DNA of 63,089 nt, counting the filler. It is 5 parts of 5 records of this genome, joined end to end, with 100 filler letters (N's around TTAATTAATTAA, not from the genome) between each part and the next. Parts side by side here need not be neighbours in the genome. Positions count along the whole stretch, not along the records: positions 37,644 to 51,750 come from SRR31156797_2594; positions 51,851 to 57,916 come from SRR31156797_2606; positions 58,017 to 63,089 come from SRR31156797_2614; 2 more parts are not named here. One strand, given 5' to 3'. Positions 47,446 to 58,147 of the stretch are shown in pieces (the first letter of the stretch is position 1; the number at the start of each line of letters is the position of its first letter). Below the pieces are notes generated by a model. That model searched no databases and was not told the DNA's origin. It saw only the letters and a program-made list of their open reading frames with translations. The position numbers and the translations under genes were made by a program.

Positions 47446-49377
47446 TTGCGTTACTTTTTAATCATATTATTTATAATATTGCTGACACAACAAGCTACTA
47501 TTGCCAGGAGCAATGATAGCCTAAAAAACAATCTTGCTGATACAACATCTATTTACCAACTAGCCAAAAAACAACTTGACACTGCTGAGTTTTATTCCTT
47601 ATCAAATATTAAAAAATCCATTAATCTAGCAGAAAATGGTCTTGATAAAGCACTATTAATAAAGCATGACAGCCTAATTGCAGCATTTAGAACTTTATTG
47701 GGGCGAAATTATACCAAAATTGGCTCTTATGGAGATGCACTTTTATATTTAGACTTAGCCCTTTCTCATTTTGATTCTACAAACAATAAACAAGGTCAAA
47801 TAGCTACACTTAAGATAATTGGTGATCTTTCATGGTATACAGGAAAATTTAACGAAGCACTAGTTTATTATGAACAATATGGCAAATATGCTGATAGTGT
47901 AAATGACACAAAAAGTCTCATTCGATCATTTATTTCTAAAGGAGCTGTCTATGGAAACATAAACAAACTTGACACAGCAATTATCATTTTTAAAAAAGCA
48001 AATCAATTAGCCAAAATAAATAATGACAAATATCTTGAGAACCTCAGTAAATTCAATATTGGAGATGCATTACTTTTTTCTGGTAACCCTAAAGAAGCCA
48101 TCAGCGTATTTTCTGAACTTTTGAATGAAGTTAATAAAGACAAAAGTAAGTTCTTCAATATCGCCGGTTTATATAGTTCAATGGCAAATGCCTATTTAGA
48201 AATAGATGATATTGAAAAAGCGCAGCATAATAATAAGATAGCACTCAAATTTGCTCAAGAAAATGGAATACTTCGTGAAGAATCCGAATACTATGCTCTA
48301 CAATTTAAAATCGACTCAACCCTTCACAATTATAAACAAGCACTGTATGATCATTTAAAATTCAAAGAATTAACTGATAGGCTGAACAGTAGTCAATACA
48401 AAGAAAATTTAGCGAATTTTGAGATAGTATATGATCTGAAAAAACGTAAAATCGAGATCGAGAAACTCAGAATTAAAAACGAAATTTCCCAAAATCAATT
48501 AAGAAGAAACAGGTATTATTTTGTGAGTATTGCCATCGTGATCATTTTATTATTGACTTTAATTAGAAATATTTTCTTGTCGAGGAAAAGATTGAATGTC
48601 AAAAACAAAAAACTTGATGAGCAAAAAGAAGAACTTGAAAGCACATTAAAGCAGCTTAAGCAAACTCAGGCTCAGCTTGTACAGTCAGAGAAAATGGCCT
48701 CTCTTGGAACACTAACTTCGGGAGTAGCCCATGAGATAAATAACCCACTAAACTTTATTAATGGAGGTATTCATATTTTAGAAACCGCAAAACAGGAGCT
48801 TGAGAACGAAAATCTGGAAGAAGCTAAAAGGAAATATGAACTTGCTTTAAAAATGATATCAGATGGATTGAAAAAGTCAAGTTCCATAGTCAAATCGCTA
48901 ATGACATTTGCCACAAGGGAAAACAGTGTTTTAGAAGAACATGCCATTAATACAATGATTAAACACACATTACAATTCTTAAATCCCTATTTAGAAGGCA
49001 TTACCGTGGTAAGGGATTTTTCTGAAGAAGATAAAATAAATGTATACCCTGATAAACTACATCAAGTATTTCTCAATATACTTGACAATGCCATTAAAGC
49101 AGTAAAAGCTAACCAGAATGTGGATAAAATAATCAAAATCAGAACTCAAAAAGACAATACGCACTTTAAAATCACCATTGAAAACCATGGCAAAAAAATC
49201 CCAAAAAATAGCTTGAATAAAGTATTTGATCCCTTCTATACCACCCGATCTCCCGGAGAAGGTGTAGGAATGGGTTTAACAATCTCCTATAACCTCATCA
49301 AAGAGCATAACGGAATGCTCAAAGCTCAAAACACTGAATATGGTGTAGCATTTATCATTGAACTTCCACTTCAATAA
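47446..49377 (+). CDS. TPR-sensor histidine kinase
   Basis: TPR-like periplasmic region, TM, LVQSEKMASLG, AHEINNPL (H box), NILDNA, FDPFYTT, GVGMGL. Confidence 0.92.
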   Translation: MRYFLIILFIILLTQQATIARSNDSLKNNLADTTSIYQLAKKQLDTAEFYSLSNIKKSINLAENGLDKALLIKHDSLIAAFRTLLGRNYTKIGSYGDALLYLDLALSHFDSTNNKQGQIATLKIIGDLSWYTGKFNEALVYYEQYGKYADSVNDTKSLIRSFISKGAVYGNINKLDTAIIIFKKANQLAKINNDKYLENLSKFNIGDALLFSGNPKEAISVFSELLNEVNKDKSKFFNIAGLYSSMANAYLEIDDIEKAQHNNKIALKFAQENGILREESEYYALQFKIDSTLHNYKQALYDHLKFKELTDRLNSSQYKENLANFEIVYDLKKRKIEIEKLRIKNEISQNQLRRNRYYFVSIAIVIILLLTLIRNIFLSRKRLNVKNKKLDEQKEELESTLKQLKQTQAQLVQSEKMASLGTLTSGVAHEINNPLNFINGGIHILETAKQELENENLEEAKRKYELALKMISDGLKKSSSIVKSLMTFATRENSVLEEHAINTMIKHTLQFLNPYLEGITVVRDFSEEDKINVYPDKLHQVFLNILDNAIKAVKANQNVDKIIKIRTQKDNTHFKITIENHGKKIPKNSLNKVFDPFYTTRSPGEGVGMGLTISYNLIKEHNGMLKAQNTEYGVAFIIELPLQ

Positions 49378-49665
49378 TAGAAAATATGAATAGTCGTTTT
49401 ATACAACTAAGTTGCTAAGTATTCTGAAAATCAATTTATTTACCCCAATCCGCCATCTGGCGGAAGCAAATTGATTTTCTTCACTCCCTTTAGGGATGGG
49501 GTAAATGAAGAAAATTGGCTTGCGATTGTGATATAAAAACGACGAATCATATAGAATAATTATTTTCCAAATTATTACAAATCAATCACCAAGAACTTTG
49601 GTTTACTGAAAAATATATCTATCTTTGCAGCCCGAATTATAGTATTAACTACAAAAGGAACAAAA

Positions 49666-49977
49666 ATGTACGCGATTGTAGAAATTGCCGGTCAACAGTT
49701 CAAAGTTGAGAAAGACCAAAAAATCTTTGTTCACCGTTTAGACGGTAACGAAGGTGATGTGGTTGATTTCGACAAAGTACTTTTAGTTGACGAAGACGGC
49801 CAGGTTAAAGTTGGAACACCTGCAGTAAAAGGCGCAAAAGTTTCCGGCAAAATCCTTGAGCATATAAAAGGCGACAAGGTAAAAGTATTTAAAAAGAAAC
49901 GTCGTAAAGGTTACCAGAAAATGAATGGTCACCGTCAACAATTTACGCGTCTTCAAATTGAAAGTATTAACCAATAA
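49666..49977 (+). CDS. rplU: 50S ribosomal protein L21
   Basis: [14 protein letters not shown]...KKKRRKGY...GHRQ. Confidence 0.98.
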   Translation: MYAIVEIAGQQFKVEKDQKIFVHRLDGNEGDVVDFDKVLLVDEDGQVKVGTPAVKGAKVSGKILEHIKGDKVKVFKKKRRKGYQKMNGHRQQFTRLQIESINQ

Positions 49978-49989
49978 AAACTTTTCTCC

Positions 49990-50247
49990 ATGGCACACAA
50001 AAAAGGAATGGGTAGTACCCGAAACGGCCGCGAGAGCGAAAGTAAGCGGTTAGGGGTAAAGATTTACGGCGGTCAAGCTGCCAAAGCTGGTAACATTTTA
50101 GTACGCCAGCGCGGAACGCAACACAAACCTGGCGACAATGTTGGTATGGGAAAAGACCATACGCTTTTCGCATTGGTTGATGGAACAGTAGAATTCAGAA
50201 AGAAACGCGATAATAAATCATACGTTTCAGTAAATCCTGCTGAATAA
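49990..50247 (+). CDS. rpmA: 50S ribosomal protein L27
   Basis: [22 protein letters not shown]...GKDHTLFA. Confidence 0.98.
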   Translation: MAHKKGMGSTRNGRESESKRLGVKIYGGQAAKAGNILVRQRGTQHKPGDNVGMGKDHTLFALVDGTVEFRKKRDNKSYVSVNPAE

Positions 50248-50267
50248 GTTTCTAAAAGATTTTCACT

Positions 50268-50317
50268 AAAATCTCCTGCTAATTACTTTGTAAAAAGTAA
50301 ATTTGCAGGAGATTTTT
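50268..50317 (+). terminator. Hairpin/terminator after rpmA
   Basis: AAAATCTCCTGC...GCAGGAGATTTT. Confidence 0.65.
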
Positions 50318-50346
50318 GTTTTTACTAATCACAAACAAACAACTTT

Positions 50347-51621
50347 ATGCTTTCAGTACAATTTATCAACGAAAACAAAGAAGCCGTAATTGAGGCGTTA
50401 AAAATTAAAAACTTTAATGCTGAATCTATCATAAACGAAATCGTCTCAATTGATCAATACAGAAGAGACACACAAAAAAATGTAGATGACAATAAAGCTC
50501 AAATGAATAATATCTCAAAAGAAATTGGGATACTATTCAAAGAAGGCAAGAGAGATGAAGCTGAAGCAGCTAAAAGAAAAACAGCTGATATTAAAGAAGA
50601 TATTAAAACTTACGAAGCCAAACTTCGTGAAGTTGAAGAACATCTTCAAAAATTATTAACTGAAGTACCCAATGTACCTCATGTTAGCGTTCCAAAAGGA
50701 AATAGCGAAGAGGACAATGAAATAATAAAAGAGGGTGGTGATAAAGTTCAACTTGATGGAAAACCACTTCCCCATTGGGATTTAGCTGAACGTTATGATA
50801 TTATCGACTTCAAATTAGGAAATAAAATTACAGGTGCCGGATTTCCTGTATACAAAGGACAAGGATCAAGATTGCAGCGCTCTTTAATTAATTTCTTTCT
50901 TGATGAAGCACAAAAAGCTGGATTTAACGAAGTATTGCCTCCATTTATGGTGAATGAAGCTTCTGGATTTGGAACAGGCCAACTACCTGACAAAGAAGGT
51001 CAGATGTATCACGTTACTGAAGATAATTTTTATTTGATCCCAACAGCAGAAGTACCTGTAACCAATATATTCCGCGACGAAATTGTGAATGCAGAAGATT
51101 TTCCGATTAAGTACACCGCCTACACACCTTGCTTCCGACGCGAAGCCGGAAGTTATGGGAAAGATGTACGTGGTTTGAACCGTTTACACCAATTTGACAA
51201 AGTAGAAATTGTATGTGTTGAGCATCCGGAGCGTAGCTACAAAATGCTGGATGAAATGGTAGCTTATGTGGAAAGTTTAATTCAAAAATTAGGTTTACAA
51301 TACAGAATTCTACGTCTTTGCGGTGGCGATTTGAGTTTCACCTCTGCCCTCACATATGACTTTGAAGTATGGTCAGCAGCTCAGGAAAAGTGGCTTGAGG
51401 TTAGTTCAGTTTCAAATTTTGAATCATACCAGGCTAATAGAATGAAACTACGCTTCCGTGAAAAAGGTGAAAAGAAAACACAAATAGCGCATACTCTTAA
51501 CGGAAGTGCATTAGCTTTGCCACGCATTTTAGCAGCACTATTGGAAAACAATCAAACTACTGAAGGCATTAAAATACCAGAAGTATTGCAACCATATACG
51601 GGTTTTGATATGATAAAGTAA
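50347..51621 (+). CDS. serS: Serine--tRNA ligase
   Basis: GTGQLP, LIPTAEVP, CFRREAGS, RLHQFDKVE, EVSSVSN, HTLNGSALA. Confidence 0.98.
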   Translation: MLSVQFINENKEAVIEALKIKNFNAESIINEIVSIDQYRRDTQKNVDDNKAQMNNISKEIGILFKEGKRDEAEAAKRKTADIKEDIKTYEAKLREVEEHLQKLLTEVPNVPHVSVPKGNSEEDNEIIKEGGDKVQLDGKPLPHWDLAERYDIIDFKLGNKITGAGFPVYKGQGSRLQRSLINFFLDEAQKAGFNEVLPPFMVNEASGFGTGQLPDKEGQMYHVTEDNFYLIPTAEVPVTNIFRDEIVNAEDFPIKYTAYTPCFRREAGSYGKDVRGLNRLHQFDKVEIVCVEHPERSYKMLDEMVAYVESLIQKLGLQYRILRLCGGDLSFTSALTYDFEVWSAAQEKWLEVSSVSNFESYQANRMKLRFREKGEKKTQIAHTLNGSALALPRILAALLENNQTTEGIKIPEVLQPYTGFDMIK

Positions 51622-51646
51622 AAAATCACATTACTAAATAAATGTC

Positions 51647-51750
51647 CGTCATTGCGAGGAGCCTGGCCTCCATAGCGAAGCGAAGGAGGCGGCGAAGAAG
51701 CAATCTGGTTGTGCAAAACGGAAAGAGATTGCTTCTCCGCCAGCTGGCGG
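51647..51750. repeat. REP/REPIN-like element at the contig end
   Basis: CGTCATTGCGAGG...GAAGCAATCT / AGATTGCTTC inverted pair; CCGCCAGCTGGCGG palindrome, also seen as TCCGCCATCTGGCGGA near 49449. Confidence 0.6.
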
Positions 51751-51850
51751 NNNNNNNNNNNNNNNNNNNNNNNNNNNNNNNNNNNNNNNNNNNNTTAATT
51801 AATTAANNNNNNNNNNNNNNNNNNNNNNNNNNNNNNNNNNNNNNNNNNNN
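51751..51850. other. Artificial contig linker
   Basis: 44 N + TTAATTAATTAA + 44 N. Confidence 0.99.
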
Positions 51851-52318
51851 GGCGCGGGCGATGGCGACGCGCTGTTGCTGCCCACCGGAAAGCTGTCCAG
51901 GATACTTTTGGGCTTGCTCGGCAATGCGGACACGGCCGAGATAATGCATGGCAATTTTTTCTGCTTCCTTTTTAGGCATTTTACGTACCCAGACCGGAGC
52001 AAGTGTTAGATTCTCCAGAACTGTCATGTGGGGGAATAGATTGAAGTTCTGGAAGACCATGCCGACTTCCTTGCGGATTTTTTCGAGCCCTTTGAGGTTG
52101 CCGGTTAGTTCTGTGCCATCCACAATGATGGTCCCTTCCTGATGATGTTCCAGACGGTTCATACATCGGATGAGGGTGGATTTGCCTGAGCCTGACGGGC
52201 CGCAAATGACGATACGTTCACCTTCTCGGACCTGAAGATCAATATTTTTGAGAACGTGAAAGTCGCCGTACCATTTGTTCAGTCCTTTGACGTCGATCAC
52301 AACTTTCTGAGATTCCAT
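51851..52318 (-). CDS. Amino-acid ABC transporter ATP-binding protein (AapP/BztD-like), 3'-truncated
   Basis: GPSGSGKST, VFQNFNLFPH, LSGGQQQRVAIAR at the contig edge. Confidence 0.93.
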
Positions 52319-52330
52319 AATTCAGCCTTA

Positions 52331-53434
52331 TCAGTTGTTTTTCTTGGGGCCGCGTTTTTCAAGAGAACGGCCATAACGGCTCATGCCGAAACAGATACAC
52401 CAGTATACGATGGCGCAGAAGGCATACCCTTCGGCATCGTGGCCAAGCCAAACTTGATCCTGTGAAGCGGCTTTTGCCATACCCAAGAAGTCAAGTAGGC
52501 CGACAATGATGACCAGTGATGTATCTTTGAATAAAGCAATACACCGACCGATCAAGGCCGGGAGAACATGCCTGAGAGCTTGTGGCAGTACAATGAACAG
52601 AGTGACCATCCATTTACTTAGCCCCAGAGCCTTGGCTGCGTCGGTTTGGCCTGATGAGATGGCTTGTAAGCCGCCTCGTACCACTTCCGCAATATATGCG
52701 GAGGAGAACAGGATGATACCGATTTGAACCCGGAGCAGATTATTAATCTGCATATCTTCGGGGAGAAACAACGGCATCATGACTGAAGCCATGAACAGGA
52801 TGGTGATGAGCGGAACACCGCGAATGAGTTCAATGAATCCGATGCACGGAGTGCTGATGCCTACCATTTTTGACTGCCTGCCGAGAGCCAACAGGATGCC
52901 GAATGGAATAGAGAGTAGAATGCCTACCGCAGCCAGGCCGAGGCTGAGCATGAGCCCGCCCCACATGGACTGATCGACTTCTGCCAATCCGGCACCGCCG
53001 CCGATGAGCCAGAGCGCGACGACGAAGAGCAGGGGCCATAATCCGATGAGATACCGGTTTTTGCAACATCCTGAGACTGTAGCCGCGATCACGCCGACAA
53101 AAAGTAGGCATGCGGCAATGGGACGCCAGATCAATTCTGGCGGATAGGTTCCGACGAGCAATATTCTGTATTTTGAGCCAATAAAGGCCCAACAGGCTCC
53201 GCCATCATTGGTGCACATTTCGGGACCGCCAGTCCAGACCGCATCAATAAATGCCCATGAAATGAGGGGCGGGATTCCCTTTGCAAGGAGAGCCATGCAG
53301 AAGATGGTCAGGATGGAGTTGGTCCAGCTGGAAAAGAGGTTCTTGCGCAGCCAATGAATTACACCCGTGGCCGCAATAGGTGCAGGTGCGGCTGGGGTGG
53401 GGGTGAAGACCAGTGTTTTGTGTTCTTGGTTCAT
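52331..53434 (-). CDS. Amino-acid ABC transporter permease (AapM/BztC-like)
   Basis: Likely start MNQEHK (53434, ATGA overlap); WLRKNLFSS, RGVPLIT, AEVVRGGLQ, FKDTSL. Confidence 0.92.
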   Translation of the reverse strand: MNQEHKTLVFTPTPAAPAPIAATGVIHWLRKNLFSSWTNSILTIFCMALLAKGIPPLISWAFIDAVWTGGPEMCTNDGGACWAFIGSKYRILLVGTYPPELIWRPIAACLLFVGVIAATVSGCCKNRYLIGLWPLLFVVALWLIGGGAGLAEVDQSMWGGLMLSLGLAAVGILLSIPFGILLALGRQSKMVGISTPCIGFIELIRGVPLITILFMASVMMPLFLPEDMQINNLLRVQIGIILFSSAYIAEVVRGGLQAISSGQTDAAKALGLSKWMVTLFIVLPQALRHVLPALIGRCIALFKDTSLVIIVGLLDFLGMAKAASQDQVWLGHDAEGYAFCAIVYWCICFGMSRYGRSLEKRGPKKNN

Positions 53435-54585
53435 CGTTCCACCATTTGTACCTTGGAGTTGAACCAGTTCATCCCTAGCGAAATAATCAGGTTGATGGTC
53501 AGATAGACTGCCATCCACAGTCCGATGATTTCGATGGCCTGATCATTCTGGCCGATAATGGTGCCACCAACCGAAACCATATCCGGGTAACCGATGGCGA
53601 CAGCCAGTGAACTGTTTTTGACCAGACTGGCGTAATCGTTGGTGGTGGCCGGGATACAAACTCGCAAGGTTTGCGGCAGGATTACCTTTCGCATGACTAG
53701 ACTGGGCTTGAGGCCAAGTGCTTTGGCTGCATCAAGTTGTCCTTTGTCCACGGACTGGATACCACTGCGCACGTTTTCGCCGATGAAGGCCGCAGTGTAC
53801 ATGATCAACCCAAGGAGCAGGGCGGAAAATTCTGGTCGCAGGACCATGCCTCCCTTGAAGTTGAAGCCTTTGAGTACTGGTGCATCAAAGGCTACGGGTT
53901 GGCCGGTCAGGAGAAACGCCAGTCCTGGTAGGCCTATGCAAAGAGCGAGTGAAATCCAGCCAGTGTGTAGGCCTTTACCTGTGGTGTCCCGTAATTGTTT
54001 TGATTTACGGAAAAGGTAGATTGAACCAGCAATAGCAATAGCCAGAGCAATAAAGACCCACATCATGCCATCCTGAAATTCTGGACGAGGAAGGAAAATA
54101 CCACGATTATTGATGAAGATGTCCTTGAAGGGAACCAAACTTTTTCGTGGATGTGGGAATGAGGCCAACATGAGAGAATAACAGAAAAAGAGTGTGAGTA
54201 ACAACGGTATGTTGCGGAGGATTTCGACATATACGGCGCCAATTTTGGCCACAAGCCAATTGTTTGATACGCGGGCACAACCCACGATAACGCCGAGAAT
54301 GGTGGACAGGACAATGGCGATAATCGAGACGAAAATCGTGTTCAAGGCTCCCATGAGAAACGCGTAACCGTATGTGTCGGCTGGCTCATAGGGGAGAAGT
54401 GTGTCGTTGATAGGCAGCCCACCTTCTACTGACAGGAAACCGAAACCTGAGGCGATGTTTCGCGCTTCAAGATTGGCCTGTGTATTGTAGAAGAGCTGCA
54501 ACGCGACATAAATGACCACCCCGATCACGAGTGTTTGCATCAGGATGGCGGGGAGCTGATTTTTTAGGTCGGAAGTCAGTGACAT
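53431..54585 (-). CDS. Amino-acid ABC transporter permease (AapQ/BztB-like)
   Basis: SGFGFL, RNIPLLL, GFNFKGG, PEFSAL, KNSSLAVAIGYPD. Confidence 0.92.
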   Translation of the reverse strand: MSLTSDLKNQLPAILMQTLVIGVVIYVALQLFYNTQANLEARNIASGFGFLSVEGGLPINDTLLPYEPADTYGYAFLMGALNTIFVSIIAIVLSTILGVIVGCARVSNNWLVAKIGAVYVEILRNIPLLLTLFFCYSLMLASFPHPRKSLVPFKDIFINNRGIFLPRPEFQDGMMWVFIALAIAIAGSIYLFRKSKQLRDTTGKGLHTGWISLALCIGLPGLAFLLTGQPVAFDAPVLKGFNFKGGMVLRPEFSALLLGLIMYTAAFIGENVRSGIQSVDKGQLDAAKALGLKPSLVMRKVILPQTLRVCIPATTNDYASLVKNSSLAVAIGYPDMVSVGGTIIGQNDQAIEIIGLWMAVYLTINLIISLGMNWFNSKVQMVER

Positions 54586-54618
54586 TGCACGCTACTAAAG
54601 TTGGATGTGAACGATGGA

Positions 54619-54653
54619 ACCGCACCAGATGGGAATTCCCGTCCGGTGCGGTT
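54619..54653. terminator. Stem-loop after the binding-protein gene (mRNA stabiliser or partial terminator)
   Basis: AACCGCACC-AGATGGGAATTCCCGTC-CGGTGCGGTT. Confidence 0.55.
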
Positions 54654-54678
54654 GTTTATTTGTGGGTCGGTGTGAGGA

Positions 54679-55695
54679 TTAGCGAATGGGCATAGCGTAA
54701 AGCATGCCGCCGCGAGTCCACAGGTCGTTACGGCCACGGGGGATATTCATGGCGGTGTCGGGTCCGAAGTGGCGGTCATAAATTTCGCCGTAGTTGCCGA
54801 CAGCCTGAATGGCGCGAACGAGCCAGTCGTTGTCCAGATTGATGAAGGAGCCGATGTCGCCGGAAGCGCCGAGCATACGTTTGACAACAGGGTCGTTGGA
54901 ATTTTTCTTCATTTCAAGAACGTTAGCCTGAGTGATGCCCTTTTCTTCAGCTTCGATCAAACCGTTGAGAACCCAAGTGACAAGGTCTTTCCACTGGTTG
55001 TCACCGTGGCGAACGTAAGGAGCCAAGGGTTCCTTGGAGAATGTCTCGGACAGGATAACGTGATCAGCAGGATTGGGAGCGCTGGTGCGCAATGAGGCGA
55101 GCTGGCTGACATCGGTGGTAAAAGCATCGGTACGACCTGCAACATAGGCGTTGAAGGCCTCTTTTTTGCTGTCGAAAACGACTGTTTCCAACTTGATGTT
55201 GTTCATGCGGGCAAAGTCGGCCACGTTCAGTTCGCTGGTGGTACCGGAAACAACGGCAACAGATGCGCCGTCAAGTTCTGCACCCTTGGTGACGCCCAAT
55301 TCCTTTTTCACCATGAAGCCCTGACCGTCATAGAACACGACGACTGTGAAATCGACGCCCTGTTTGCCGTCACGTTTCATAGTCCATGTGGTGGTACGGG
55401 ATACGAGATCAACCTGACCGGAAGAAACGGCCACGATCTTCTGCTTGGAAGCCAGAGGGACAAACTTGATGGCATCCTGATCCTTAAGAACCGCAGCGGC
55501 TACTGCGCGGCCCATGTCGACATCGAAGCCGGTCCAGCGGCCATTGGAATCAGGGGCGGAAAAACCGGCGACGCCTTCACTGACGCCCAGTGTCAGAATG
55601 CCGTTTTCCTGAATGCGCTCCAAGGAGCCGGCCATAGCGGTTGAGGCCATGGTGAGCAGCAGAGCCGTCAGCAGCAATTTGCCAAAAAGTTTCAT
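54679..55695 (-). CDS. Amino-acid ABC transporter substrate-binding protein (AapJ/BztA-like)
   Basis: GFDVD, RTTTWT, FYDGQGF, SKEPLAP, VGNYGEIY, LWTRGGMLYA. Confidence 0.95.
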   Translation of the reverse strand: MKLFGKLLLTALLLTMASTAMAGSLERIQENGILTLGVSEGVAGFSAPDSNGRWTGFDVDMGRAVAAAVLKDQDAIKFVPLASKQKIVAVSSGQVDLVSRTTTWTMKRDGKQGVDFTVVVFYDGQGFMVKKELGVTKGAELDGASVAVVSGTTSELNVADFARMNNIKLETVVFDSKKEAFNAYVAGRTDAFTTDVSQLASLRTSAPNPADHVILSETFSKEPLAPYVRHGDNQWKDLVTWVLNGLIEAEEKGITQANVLEMKKNSNDPVVKRMLGASGDIGSFINLDNDWLVRAIQAVGNYGEIYDRHFGPDTAMNIPRGRNDLWTRGGMLYAMPIR

Positions 55696-55815
55696 CCTTT
55701 CTCTCCTTTGAAAAATGATAATGTGATTGATGCACGAATTTTGTGTATTCGCCTAGGCGAATGTTACGGATGTGTTACAAACAGGCGGTAACAGTGTCAA
55801 CGAAAGGGGAAAAAA

Positions 55816-55852
55816 ATAATGCCCGCACATGAAGCTTCATGGCGGGCATTAT
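55816..55852 (-). terminator. Intrinsic terminator after the SIMPL gene
   Basis: ATAATGCCCGC-ACATGAAGCTTCATG-GCGGGCATTAT with a T-tract on the minus strand. Confidence 0.7.
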
Positions 55853-55865
55853 GTGGCTTGTGAGA

Positions 55866-56576
55866 TTAATCTTCGAGAAAATAGTCGACTGTTGTCACAA
55901 CACGGATTCGTTTGATTTCCGGTGTGTATCTGTCGCGATCCTGAAGACTGAAATAGCCTTGTGTGGCGCGTCGGATGGTTCCTACATGGGAACCGGAGTC
56001 TTCGGCAAATTGTTTGGCTGCTTTTCGGGCGTCCCGTGTGGCTTCAGCGATCATATCAGGTTTGATACCGTTGAGACCTGTATAAGTAAAAGTTGGTCGA
56101 AATTCATAATTTTGGATCAGCATGACGCCACGAGATACGAGTTCTCCAGCAGCAGCCATACCTTTTTTAACGGTCGGAATATCTTTTGTTCGGACTGTTA
56201 AGACCGCTTCTGCCCGATATCTTTGTGCTGGCTGGCGATCGCCCATCATTGATTGATTGTCCTGAATGCGCGGGGCGGCAGTCATGACTTCGGCATCGCC
56301 AAGACCCTGTTCTTTGAGAAATATCATGATGGCTGAGCGGGACCGGTCAAGTTCGGCATCAAGTTGGGGTAAGGTATTGGCCCCGGCGCTGTAGCTGATA
56401 GGCCACATGGCGAGATCTGCAGCGACTTCTCGTTCTGCCAGTCCTTTGACCGTGACGTAGCGGTCCATGGCTTTGAAATCGACCAGAGCACTTCCGAGCA
56501 CCCAGCAACCGGCCACGATGCCAAGAGCAAGGACGATACCTGCGAAAATCGTATGAAATGTATGTTTTTGTTCCAT
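55866..56576 (-). CDS. SIMPL (DUF541) domain protein
   Basis: VTVKGLAEREVAADLAMW, KPDMIAEATRDAR, IRRATQG, RVVTTVDY. Confidence 0.88.
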   Translation of the reverse strand: MEQKHTFHTIFAGIVLALGIVAGCWVLGSALVDFKAMDRYVTVKGLAEREVAADLAMWPISYSAGANTLPQLDAELDRSRSAIMIFLKEQGLGDAEVMTAAPRIQDNQSMMGDRQPAQRYRAEAVLTVRTKDIPTVKKGMAAAGELVSRGVMLIQNYEFRPTFTYTGLNGIKPDMIAEATRDARKAAKQFAEDSGSHVGTIRRATQGYFSLQDRDRYTPEIKRIRVVTTVDYFLED

Positions 56577-56612
56577 GAAGTACCTCTACTTCGAGTGAAT
56601 GTTCGTCTTATA

Positions 56613-57500
56613 TTACTTGATACGAACGTAGCGTGACGAGCTAGAGTAAAAGACATTGTAGACAAGGGTTAACAAGCAGGCAAAGACTGCCGAACCAATT
56701 CCTATCAACACATTGTAATAGGGTGGAGCAGTCAAGGCAAGACGTATGAGCAATGTGGCCAAGGCAAATCCCGAGTTGCGGAAGACAGCCCGGAATTCTG
56801 GCAAAAATCGCTGAGCAATCAGTACCAGCATAATATCGCTGAATATCAGGACAGTGTAAAAACTTTGGAAAAAGTGAAACGTTTCATGTCCATAGATAAA
56901 AAGGAGTCCATTTTTGATGCCCATGCCAATGAATATGGCGAGCATGACGAGCGCAACAATTTTTTTTGCAGCAACGAATTTGAACAGCCGTTCCCCACCT
57001 TTGATGGTTTCATCCAGTTGGCGTTGCAACAGAGTATAGACCCCAAGGAGTGCGAAAATGGCGATTGCACCGCCGCCATCGGAAAGAAGAATCCACAATT
57101 CTTTTTCGTGACCAGTGATAGTAATCGGTTCAGGGAAATCCGCCAGAGCTTTGAACGCACTTCTGAGTAAAATAAGTGCCAGGATTTCAAATTGTTTGCC
57201 TACCGCCTTCGAGATGGAGCAGGGCAGCGTAAAAATAAGGCTGACGACTTCCAGAATAAGGACCAGAGTGAAGGCGAGGTTGATGGCCATATAATGGCTT
57301 GCAGGAATCAGATCGGCTACATGCCCGGTAATGATGCCCTGACGCTTTAATTCAATAGTCCCCAGCCCCACTATAAAAACGACAACAAGTATACCGGCAA
57401 CCGCTCGCTGTGTGCTATCCTTTTCCCAGAAGTGATGAAGCGGGTCAAAGATATATGTCGCCCAGGAATATATCGTGTTCATGGGGTTTTTCATGATCAA
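56613..57500 (-). CDS. Hypothetical polytopic membrane protein
   Basis: About eight TM segments; GKQFEILALILLRSAFK, FRNSGF. Confidence 0.75.
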   Translation of the reverse strand: MIMKNPMNTIYSWATYIFDPLHHFWEKDSTQRAVAGILVVVFIVGLGTIELKRQGIITGHVADLIPASHYMAINLAFTLVLILEVVSLIFTLPCSISKAVGKQFEILALILLRSAFKALADFPEPITITGHEKELWILLSDGGGAIAIFALLGVYTLLQRQLDETIKGGERLFKFVAAKKIVALVMLAIFIGMGIKNGLLFIYGHETFHFFQSFYTVLIFSDIMLVLIAQRFLPEFRAVFRNSGFALATLLIRLALTAPPYYNVLIGIGSAVFACLLTLVYNVFYSSSSRYVRIK

Positions 57501-57579
57501 CCTGTATGCGATTTCAGCAGTTTATGTCGTTACGAACCGGCAACAATGAAAGACCTGTGAGAAACTTTTTTACAGCGTA

Positions 57580-57916
57580 TTATATTTCAAACAGCATTTC
57601 CAGGTCGTCACGGGTCAGGCTCTTGAGTGCAGACTGGCCGGGGATAATCGCTTCAGCAACGCTCTTCTTTTGTTCCTGCAACTTGAGGATACGCTCTTCC
57701 ACTGTGTTCTGGCAGATCATCTTGTATGCAAAGACCTGACGTTTTTGGCCGATACGGTGTGTGCGGTCAGTGGCCTGATTCTCCACAGCCGGGTTCCACC
57801 ACGGGTCATAGTGAATGACATAGTCTGCACTGGTCAGGTTCAGACCTGTACCGCCTGCCTTGAGGGAAATGAGGAAGATCGGAATATCCGGGCTGTCGTT
57901 GAATTTGTCCACCTGC
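57580..57916 (-). CDS. SNF2-family helicase C-terminus, 5'-truncated
   Basis: [49 protein letters not shown]. Confidence 0.93.
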
Positions 57917-58016
57917 NNNNNNNNNNNNNNNNNNNNNNNNNNNNNNNNNNNNNNNNNNNNTTAATTAATTAANNNNNNNNNNNNNNNNNNNNNNNNNNNN
58001 NNNNNNNNNNNNNNNN
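57917..58016. other. Artificial contig linker
   Basis: 44 N + TTAATTAATTAA + 44 N. Confidence 0.99.
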
Positions 58017-58147
58017 GAAACAAGACTGAAACAAGTTCAGCCTGACGTTGTTCGGGATGACAGGTTTAATATTTTAGATATTTTATTCGTTCAGGATGAC
58101 AGCTTTTGTTGTTTTATCAGGATTATCTAGTCGCGAGTCACCAAACA